Shown here piece after piece: positions 20,277-27,253 of a DNA stretch of 39,913 nucleotides; position 1 is the first letter of the stretch, and each line of letters starts with the position of its first letter. Below the pieces are notes generated by a model, which was not told the origin of the DNA, did not search any database, and saw only the letters and a list, made by a program, of their open reading frames with translations. The stretch is from the NCBI GenBank assembly GCA_043718025.1, contig JAYSWN010000044.1:1-39913 (forward strand). The letters run 5' to 3'. Position numbers and translations under genes: made by a program. Source of the stretch: Pseudomonadota bacterium. GTDB lineage: Bacteria; Bdellovibrionota; FAC87; UBA2466.

Positions 20277-20894
20277 TTAGCCTTTTTTCTTAGGTGTAGT
20301 TGCCGTCGCTGTTTTTGGAGCGTCGGTCTTCATCTCGCATTCAATTTCAACCGTAACTTCGTCGCCAACAATGGCGCCACCGTTGTCTAGGGTTTTGTTG
20401 AACGAAACCCCAAAGTCCTTGCGGCTCACTTTGGTTATCGCCGTAAAACCACGTCGTACGCTGCCCCACGGATCATTAACGGGTGCAGTGATGCCGTCAG
20501 AATCCATGGTGACCTCTTTGGTTACGCCACGAAGGGTAAGATCACCGACGATCTTGTATTTTTCCCCCTCTTTGGTCACTTTCTTCGACTTGAAGGTAGT
20601 GGTGGGGAATTTTTTTACGCTAAAAAAATCATCGGCGCGCAAATGCTCATCCCGTTTTACATTATTGGTGCTGATGGTGCGCATGTCGGCTTTTGCCGAA
20701 AGCGTCATCTTAGTCAGATCATCTCCGTCTAGCGTGAAGGAACCCTCCACACCACCCACTTCACCGCTAACGTTGGTGACGAGTAAATGCTTTACCTTAA
20801 AACGAGCCGTGGAGTGGCTTCCATCAATTTCCCAAGTCTCTTTGGCGACCGAGAGCGACGCCGCGAACAGAACGATTAGTGCGATATACTTCAT
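20277..20894 (-). CDS. yceI: YceI family secreted lipid/polyisoprenoid-binding protein
   Basis: Signal peptide, WEIDGSHS, F.VKHL, RDEHLR..DFF, GDLTLRGVTKEV, DPWG, RKDFG, VGDEV. Confidence 0.93.
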   Translation of the reverse strand: MKYIALIVLFAASLSVAKETWEIDGSHSTARFKVKHLLVTNVSGEVGGVEGSFTLDGDDLTKMTLSAKADMRTISTNNVKRDEHLRADDFFSVKKFPTTTFKSKKVTKEGEKYKIVGDLTLRGVTKEVTMDSDGITAPVNDPWGSVRRGFTAITKVSRKDFGVSFNKTLDNGGAIVGDEVTVEIECEMKTDAPKTATATTPKKKG

Positions 20895-21075
20895 GGTTGT
20901 TTTCTCCTTAATAGAAAGGTCGAGATTCTAACCCTGGCGGGACGGCGAAGCGAGGAGAAACGTGGTAGCCCCTGACAAGATTTTATGTACGCAAAGAGCC
21001 ACCTTGAAAGACGCCGATTGCTAGACTCTAGCGGTCACATCAAGTAGACCCTTAAGACTTGATGAGGTGGGTCCG

Positions 21076-21873
21076 ATGCGGCGATGTTTTTTTAGGTTTC
21101 TCTCGGTACTTTGTTTTCTTTTTTCTGTTGCTTCGTTCAGCGCTGATTTTAGCCTTGAAGGGCTGATTGCCGAGGTAGCGAGTTTAGCTCCGAACGAGCG
21201 GCAGGCCTACATCGTCTCGGTTCTGGCTAGAGAGCCTTCTGCAGAGGCGCGCCGTAACATTCTTAGTTGGGCGTTGCGTGAGCCCGACGAATGGATGTTA
21301 CCGCTTTTAGTAGCTCAGATTTCCAAAGCGCTTATCCCGCCCCAGGTGGATCAGCCTGAGGAATACAAAATTCGGTTGGTAAGGGCCCTCGAGTATCTAG
21401 CTTTGAACCCACCGGTTGATCCAAAGTATACTTGCGACATGGTTAGTATTCTGGAGCAAGTTGCGTTGGAGCATAGGGGGTTAACGTCGACAGAGGCAAT
21501 GCTTACTGCAGGTATTGCCATTCGTTTCGATCCGGCCAACCGCTTAAAATCCAACCCTGGACTGAAATGGGCAACCTACGCCTTGTTGGGGGGACCGGCC
21601 GTACCCGGAACGCTTCCTTTCCACGAAGACGCAATGCTTGGAGTTGTGGAACTCATCGATCGAGTAAGAAACACTAAGGGCGGAAGCGAATGGATCGCCC
21701 TCGCCCAACGGGTGGTTAAAAGCCGTGGTACCGAAGACCCTGTCGGCCGAGCCGCCCAGAACATTTTGCAGCATCCCGACGTTTGTATCCGCCAAATCCG
21801 TAATTCAAACCGGCCCTCTATTTCCGCTTCTTTAAACAATCCGTGGTTAAAATATTTATTAGCTAAGCCTTAA
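21076..21873 (+). CDS. Hypothetical secreted protein, predicted alpha-helical
   Basis: GAGGT ribosome-binding site at 21064-21068 ahead of ATG 21076; signal-peptide-like N-terminus (MRRCFFRFLSVLCFLFSVASFSA); fills the gap between yceI and the acyl-CoA dehydrogenase. Confidence 0.7.
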   Translation: MRRCFFRFLSVLCFLFSVASFSADFSLEGLIAEVASLAPNERQAYIVSVLAREPSAEARRNILSWALREPDEWMLPLLVAQISKALIPPQVDQPEEYKIRLVRALEYLALNPPVDPKYTCDMVSILEQVALEHRGLTSTEAMLTAGIAIRFDPANRLKSNPGLKWATYALLGGPAVPGTLPFHEDAMLGVVELIDRVRNTKGGSEWIALAQRVVKSRGTEDPVGRAAQNILQHPDVCIRQIRNSNRPSISASLNNPWLKYLLAKP

Positions 21874-21897
21874 AGAGGTACCAAGTGCGATCAAAAG

Positions 21898-21941
21898 CGC
21901 ACCCGCTACCTTTTCAGCTGAAAAGTAGATGGGCACCTTTT
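21898..21941 (-). repeat. REP-like palindromic dispersed repeat, copy 1
   Basis: Reverse complement matches 39573-39616 at 43/44 nt; contains the 16-bp palindrome CTTTTCAGCTGAAAAG (21910-21925). Confidence 0.9.
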
Positions 21942-23673
21942 AAATAGTGTCCCAAGCGAATGACTCGGAGGCCAAGGCGTGATCGGCTAGCGAGGTGATG
22001 AGATCATCGTCGTTTGCGTCGATCTTATTAAAATTACCTCGAATGCGGCGTTGAGCTTGACCGGCGAAGACCTGGCAAATCTCTTTCTCCTTGGCGGCCT
22101 TTGCTTCTCCATTCTCCTGAATCGACGTCGTCACTCGACTAATGACGCAAGCCAGAACAAAGAGGTCGATCATAATGTCGCCCAGACGACGAGTGGCAAA
22201 CTGCTTTCCTACAATGGCCTTGCCATGTTTTCGCAACAGCCTATCCACCGCGCCAGAAAGATTTTTAGTGCACTCTTCAAAGATCTCAACCTGCTCTTTA
22301 AGCGAGGGGTGAGCTTTGGACATGGTGGCGGCACGAAAACCAGTAGCTTGGGTCATGCGGCGACGGGTGTACTCAGACAGAACGCCAAAACCTTTGATCG
22401 GATCGAGAAGCACGCTACCTAGTGAACTGGCTACCTCTTTCAGTTGCGCTCCGGCATCCTGAATTGCGGTTAGCGCAATGAAGAGACGCAGAATTTCGTT
22501 TGTTCCTTCAAAGATGCGGTTAATCCGCGAATCTCGCATCATTCGTTCAAACGGGAGTTCACGCATGTAACCCGTACCGGCTGCAATCTGCAGAGCCTCG
22601 TCAGAAACTTTCCACAAACATTCAGAGGCAAAAACTTTGCTAATCGCCGCCTCGACCGCGTAGTCGTCGTACTTATTGTCCACGATACCGGCCACCATCG
22701 ACACGACCGCCTCAGTCGCATAGCAATCGACCACCATGTGGCCAATCTTCTGTTTGATAAGCCCAAATTCTGCGATCGGTTTTCCGAACTGAATGCGTTG
22801 ATTGGCAAACTGAGTAGAGAGGGCGATCATTTTTTTCATACCGCCGATGCAACCGCCGCCCAATCCGGTACGCCCGTTATTGAGAATCCGCATGGCCACT
22901 TTGAAGCCCTGCCCCTCCTGGCCAAGCATATGCTCCTTGGTGAGACGAACATTGTCGAAGCTCACCGTGGTGGTCGAGCTGGCCCGAATCCCCATTTTGT
23001 CTTCGTGCGGTCCATTACTGACTCCGGCCATATCCCTAGTAACGATAAAGGCCGTCATTTTGCCGGAGCCGGTTTCAGTCTTTGCAAAAACCGTGAAAAA
23101 ATCGGCAATGCCCCCGTTGGTGATCCAGAGCTTTTCTCCGTTGAGAAGCCACTCATCGCCTTTTTTCTCGGCGCGCGTTTTGATTGAGGCAGCGTCCGAA
23201 CCCGAGCCAGCCTCGGTGAGACAGAATGCGGCAATCAGCTCTCCGGTGGCGAGCTTAGGAAGGTACTTCTGTTTCTGTTCGGCGGTGCCGAACAAGACCA
23301 GACCGCGCATGCCGATGGAGCTATGGGCGCCCGTGGTCAAGGCCACCGACGAGTCATAACGGCTAAGCTCTTGCAAAGCCCGCGAGTAGGCCGCACTTGA
23401 AAACCCCAAACCACCAAACTCTTCAGGAACCACCAGGCTAAAGAGCCCGAAGGCCTTCATCTCTTCAACAAACGCTTTGGGCAGCTCTCCGGCCGCATCC
23501 CATTTACGGAAATCCCCGTCTTTTCCCTTAAGCCACGATGAAAATGAGTCCACCAAAGTCTTAAGGGTCTCGCTCTCCTCTTTTTTCATTTTGGGAAAGG
23601 GGAAGATAATCTCTTCCAATATCTCTCCCATACAGAGCGAACGCATAAAGTTTTGGGTCTTGGGGTCAGTCAC
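21940..23673 (-). CDS. Acyl-CoA dehydrogenase, VLCAD/ACAD9-like with C-terminal extension
   Basis: AHSSIG, AFCLTEAGSGSDA, LNGEKLWITNGG, KMGIRAS.T, LNNGR, RIQFGKPI, RDSRINRIFEGTNEILR. Confidence 0.95.
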   Translation of the reverse strand: MTDPKTQNFMRSLCMGEILEEIIFPFPKMKKEESETLKTLVDSFSSWLKGKDGDFRKWDAAGELPKAFVEEMKAFGLFSLVVPEEFGGLGFSSAAYSRALQELSRYDSSVALTTGAHSSIGMRGLVLFGTAEQKQKYLPKLATGELIAAFCLTEAGSGSDAASIKTRAEKKGDEWLLNGEKLWITNGGIADFFTVFAKTETGSGKMTAFIVTRDMAGVSNGPHEDKMGIRASSTTTVSFDNVRLTKEHMLGQEGQGFKVAMRILNNGRTGLGGGCIGGMKKMIALSTQFANQRIQFGKPIAEFGLIKQKIGHMVVDCYATEAVVSMVAGIVDNKYDDYAVEAAISKVFASECLWKVSDEALQIAAGTGYMRELPFERMMRDSRINRIFEGTNEILRLFIALTAIQDAGAQLKEVASSLGSVLLDPIKGFGVLSEYTRRRMTQATGFRAATMSKAHPSLKEQVEIFEECTKNLSGAVDRLLRKHGKAIVGKQFATRRLGDIMIDLFVLACVISRVTTSIQENGEAKAAKEKEICQVFAGQAQRRIRGNFNKIDANDDDLITSLADHALASESFAWDTI

Positions 23674-23841
23674 GTGGTGATCCTTTCAAAGCTCATGGGC
23701 GCAATCGAACGGGGATTATTTCACACCGCCCCTGCGATTGGCAAAGGCCGGCCTAGACATAACTTAGGTGCGGGTGGCAACCTCGATCGGCGCCTCAAAA
23801 ACAAAATTCTCTAGGTTTCCGAATCTGAGTGGCGCCAAACA

Positions 23842-23955
23842 GGAGCTTTAGGCAGAAGAGTTGTCCCCGCAGCCTCCGCAGGCGCGAGGGCCCCTTTAAA
23901 GTGAAATCAGTAGCCGAGGCATTAGCAAGGGGACAACTCTTCTGCCTAAAGCTCC
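23842..23955. repeat. Perfect 27-bp inverted repeat with 60-nt spacer (MITE/REP-like or structured RNA)
   Basis: GGAGCTTTAGGCAGAAGAGTTGTCCCC (23842-23868) and its exact reverse complement (23929-23955). Confidence 0.9.
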
Positions 23956-23964
23956 GTCCGAACC

Positions 23965-24065
23965 TTTGGTGGGCTGTGTAGGGATCGAACCTACGACCAC
24001 TGAGCTTCTACGGCTCGCGACTTTTGCATTTGCCCCTACGCTTCGCTTCGGGGAGGCCAACTGAG
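23965..24065 (-). pseudogene. Degenerate tandem copy of tRNA-Arg (intact 3' part, altered anticodon arm, insertion in D-arm)
   Basis: 23965-23998 is identical to 24072-24105 (34 bp). It continues with a degenerate anticodon arm (gagcttctacggctcgcg vs gagcttcggaggctcgcg), ~30 extra nt, then ccaactgag. No 5' acceptor strand. Confidence 0.75.
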
Positions 24066-24073
24066 GAAGTTTT

Positions 24074-24150
24074 TGGTGGGCTGTGTAGGGATCGAACCTA
24101 CGACCTCGAGCTTCGGAGGCTCGCGCTCTATCCAACTGAGCTAACAGCCC
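24074..24150 (-). tRNA. tRNA-Arg(CCG)
   Basis: GGGCTGTTAGCTCAGTTGGATAGAGCGCGAGCCT-CCG-AAGCTCGAGGTCGTAGGTTCGATCCCTACACAGCCCACCA; 77 nt, complete cloverleaf, encoded CCA. Confidence 0.97.
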
Positions 24151-24236
24151 TAACGGAAGAGTGCCGGTGGTAACATAAGGGCAGGTAAAATCCAATCAGC
24201 GCCGCAAATTGTCTTAAAGCCTCTGAACGATCGCCA

Positions 24237-25337
24237 TTAGATCGGCTCATTGGCGACAAAACGCGAATAAAAGCTCTGAACTCTCTGACGGGCAACCGCG
24301 TACTGAATTGCCTGAAGAGCGCTGTCCTTTAAAAAAAAGCGGGCGCTGAGCATGAGCGACCACCCTTTTCCGCCAAAAGGGAACAAACGTTCTGGAGGCA
24401 TCATGGCGGTCAAGGCCGTTCGCCGGTGAAAAGCAACGCGTTCGGTAAGACTATCGATAACAAAACGGGGCACCGGCGTTCCCCACTTTTGCAGCACCGA
24501 AAACAGAAACCAAAAAGCGGCATTGGAACAACGGGCATTAATTTCTTTAAGCACCCGCGGCCACCCAAAGTGAGGTTCATTTGCAATTTTTTCAATTAGA
24601 AAATGAATATCGTTCAACCACAACGGTGACTCCAAAAGATGCTGCACCACCGCGTGGCCACCCAAATACAAAAGCTGATCTTCGTAGCTCAGCACCCGCG
24701 CTTCTCCCGGCCAGCCTTCGAAACCTTGGAGAGAACGCTTCCAAAAATCTTTCATCGTTCCCGCGCTATCGCCCTTAAGCAAAAAACTGTGCAGCTCGAT
24801 AACCGGCCGCCCCTCCCCACGCGACATTTCGACCCGAAAACGGCCTGGGTAGTTTACCCCGATAGACTTAAAGCCGCGTTGTTCAAGTCGGCCCATTGCC
24901 TTTGAAAAATCTCGCGGCTTGACCAATAAATCAACGTCCGCCATCGGTCGAAAGATGCGCTCAGGGTACAATCGACGGCCCACGTCCATGCCCTTCAACA
25001 CGATGACCCCCAGCGAAGCGTTGGCTAATGTCTGCAGGGCCTCTTCCATCTCCCAATCTAATAACGCCAGCGCCATGCGCTCGCGGGCTTGGCGCTCAGC
25101 AAAAATCTGACTAACGGTGGAGGGGAGTTGTTTGGCCCATAAGGCGCGTTGAATGACGAGGAGAAAAGGCAGGGCGCAGTGCAGTCTTTGCGCGTAGGCA
25201 TAAGCCGATTCCCAGGTCTCCGCCTCTTTCAAAAACGGCGGCGGAATTTCCAAGGCGCAATAGAATGAGCGCGGATTTAGCGCTTCAAGAACCCACTCCT
25301 GCACCACCCGCCTTAATGACAAAGCCTTCGTAACCAT
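24237..25337 (-). CDS. Nucleotidyltransferase family protein (NTP_transf_5-like)
   Basis: VIVLKG..V...YP....RPMADVDLLV, IELH, EDQLLYL..H, WLNDI. The start is uncertain; ATG 25337 was chosen to minimise overlap with the upstream gene. Confidence 0.88.
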   Translation of the reverse strand: MVTKALSLRRVVQEWVLEALNPRSFYCALEIPPPFLKEAETWESAYAYAQRLHCALPFLLVIQRALWAKQLPSTVSQIFAERQARERMALALLDWEMEEALQTLANASLGVIVLKGMDVGRRLYPERIFRPMADVDLLVKPRDFSKAMGRLEQRGFKSIGVNYPGRFRVEMSRGEGRPVIELHSFLLKGDSAGTMKDFWKRSLQGFEGWPGEARVLSYEDQLLYLGGHAVVQHLLESPLWLNDIHFLIEKIANEPHFGWPRVLKEINARCSNAAFWFLFSVLQKWGTPVPRFVIDSLTERVAFHRRTALTAMMPPERLFPFGGKGWSLMLSARFFLKDSALQAIQYAVARQRVQSFYSRFVANEPI

Positions 25338-25747
25338 GCAAGCCCCCTGGTCGCCCGACGGCAAAAGGCCGCTTGGTATTTTTCCGTATCCACGGTGCGC
25401 AGAGAGCAATAGGCAATCCACCGGTCTAATGCCCGACACTGCCACTTCATTTCGCGGCCGTTTTCTTCGCGACGAAACGCCACGACCCGCCCCCAGAGTT
25501 CGGCGGCGCTAAAACTTTCGGCGATTAAAGAAGCGTCGCCCTTAACCATCCACGAATTTTTTTTAAGCGAAGGGGTGCTGACCACCCGGTGCAACACCCA
25601 AGTGCCCTCGCTATTTCGGCAAAGCACCAACTCACCAAGGCGTGGCGCAGAGTGAGCGTCTTCTTGCTTTAGCCATTCCACTCCTACCCAGTTTCCTGAA
25701 TCGAGAAAAGGGCGCATGCTGCTTCCGTGTAATGAGATCCAATCCAC
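25313..25747 (-). CDS. S24/S26 (signal peptidase I-like) peptidase without N-terminal anchor
   Basis: GSSMRPFL (catalytic Ser box), GELVL, VLHRVV (His base), KGDA, ELWGRVV. Confidence 0.82.
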   Translation of the reverse strand: MDWISLHGSSMRPFLDSGNWVGVEWLKQEDAHSAPRLGELVLCRNSEGTWVLHRVVSTPSLKKNSWMVKGDASLIAESFSAAELWGRVVAFRREENGREMKWQCRALDRWIAYCSLRTVDTEKYQAAFCRRATRGLAWLRRLCH

Positions 25748-25755
25748 GATTTAGC

Positions 25756-25938
25756 TTATGATTTGAGTTTAGCGGCACCACAAAAATCCGGGGCTCCGGT
25801 GCTCGCCTTTCGCCCGCCCGTGGCGACGCCATTGCAAAGAGCCGCCACTGTGGTTAGGGATTCGGTTTTTACCGTAGGCTTGTGGTATTCGAGTTTAGTT
25901 GCCGCCGGCGCGTGCGGCTCTTTTTTATCTGATGACAT
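25756..25938 (-). CDS. Putative RiPP precursor peptide, 60 aa
   Basis: MSSDKKEPHAPAATKLEYHKPTVKTESLTTVAALCNGVATGGRKASTGAPDFCGAAKLKS. GGGGGAG Shine-Dalgarno ahead of ATG 25938; start overlaps the kinase 3' end; YxxP leader motif; sits inside a PqqD/rSAM locus. Confidence 0.85.
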   Translation of the reverse strand: MSSDKKEPHAPAATKLEYHKPTVKTESLTTVAALCNGVATGGRKASTGAPDFCGAAKLKS

Positions 25939-26866
25939 GCGTTTCTCCCCCAAGCTTGTGATTATAGGCCAAAGACGGATTGGCCGACAATAGCCGCCAG
26001 AATCCAAAGTCTTTCTCAAACCTAAGTTTTTTAATTCCGCACGGCGACAAAACCAGTTTAGTCGCCAAGTCAAAACGCTCTTCGCACAGGCGCGAAAAAT
26101 CAGGCGTCATGGCGCTGGCCAAAAGTGCCCGCACCGCCTCAGCCTTACCCATCGCTTCGACGGCGTGATGGGTGGCTTGTTGCAACGCGCAGAGACGATT
26201 TAACAAAATCTTTTTCCGCGGCGGGGCCAAGCGGGAGTAACCGCTGCCAAGCGGTGCCGAATGAAGCCAGGCGTTTTCGCCGTCAAAGCCGATAATTCCG
26301 GCGTCGTCGCCTAAGATAGCCGCGTCAGAAAGGTTCGCGGCCACCAAAGCTACGCTGGTCGACTTACCCGCGCCGCTTTGGCCAAAAAACAGGTACCCCT
26401 GATCGCGGTGCACAAAACTGGCGGAATGCATGAGAAAGCACTGCGCTTGCAACAACAAGTCGGGCAATACCCAGCGAAGCAAGTTGTGAGTGGCGTCGCC
26501 AACTTCTTGCAAATTGATGAAGGCAGCGACCCTTAGGGGATCACCCTGGCGCTGAATGCGACGGGCCGCAAAATCTCGCTGAACCACGCTATCGCCGCGA
26601 GATTCAAATTCGGGATCTTCATCGTGCCAAATATTAGAGTGGGGCACGCCGGTTAGCGGTTCTACAAAAATTTCGGCGGCCACCGGACCGGTATCCCGGT
26701 ATTCGTGAAAATAGCCTTCCCACTCTTTTCGCAACTCGTCCGAATGCGTCGAAAGCGTAAACCGAACTCCAGCAACGTTAATGGTGAGTGGTCTAGGCGC
26801 CAGGGCAAAAATGCCGGGTATTGGTATCTGCGAAAGGTGATGAAATAGATAAGCGCGGCGCTGCAT
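25925..26866 (-). CDS. HPr kinase-like P-loop protein (peptide kinase candidate)
   Basis: LMHSASF, Walker A FGQSGAGKSTS and ILGDDAGII: the His / P-loop / DD arrangement of HprK/PEPCK-type kinases. Confidence 0.85.
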   Translation of the reverse strand: MQRRAYLFHHLSQIPIPGIFALAPRPLTINVAGVRFTLSTHSDELRKEWEGYFHEYRDTGPVAAEIFVEPLTGVPHSNIWHDEDPEFESRGDSVVQRDFAARRIQRQGDPLRVAAFINLQEVGDATHNLLRWVLPDLLLQAQCFLMHSASFVHRDQGYLFFGQSGAGKSTSVALVAANLSDAAILGDDAGIIGFDGENAWLHSAPLGSGYSRLAPPRKKILLNRLCALQQATHHAVEAMGKAEAVRALLASAMTPDFSRLCEERFDLATKLVLSPCGIKKLRFEKDFGFWRLLSANPSLAYNHKLGGETHVIR

Positions 26867-26986
26867 TTTGGAACCCCGAGTATATAGCCATCAACCGCGC
26901 TAGAACACCGCTTTGCGTTGCGGCATTTAGCCCAAACGCCATTACCCGGTTGCCCATAAAAATTCTGTCTGTTTAAATTGACGTCT

Positions 26987-27253
26987 ATGATCCCAAAACG
27001 TCCCCTCAACCTGCCTTGGCGTGAAGTGGATGGCCACGTGGTGATTTTATCGCCCAAGACCTCGACCATTCATGAACTCAATTCTGTAGCGAGTTTCTTG
27101 TGGATCGCGGCCGATGGGTTAAAGAGCAATCACGAATTGGCGGACGCACTCACCGAACGGTTTGCGGTGGAGCCAGCAACCGCGATGAAAGACGCCGATT
27201 TTTTTTTTAGCGAATTAAAGACGCTGGGTTTAATTTCACTCCACGAGGCTTGA
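26987..27253 (+). CDS. PqqD family protein / RiPP recognition element (RRE)
   Basis: WREVDGHVVIL....IHELNSVASFLW...DG......LADALTERFAV.....KD...F..EL...GLI; TGATG overlap with the rSAM gene. Confidence 0.93.
   Translation: MIPKRPLNLPWREVDGHVVILSPKTSTIHELNSVASFLWIAADGLKSNHELADALTERFAVEPATAMKDADFFFSELKTLGLISLHEA

Noticed and set aside
23965..24105. CRISPR array
   Set aside because: Only two 34-bp copies, which are tRNA sequence; no cas genes.
23896..24195. 99-aa minus-strand ORF
   Set aside because: Reads through the tRNA and its duplicate; spurious.
25939..26073. N-terminal extension giving a 105-aa peptide ORF
   Set aside because: Overlaps the kinase in another frame; the strong SD sits before ATG 25938.
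26867..26986. Sigma-54 promoter in the divergent RiPP gap
   Set aside because: Only a bare GG-N10-GC on the minus strand, without TGGCAC/TTGC context.
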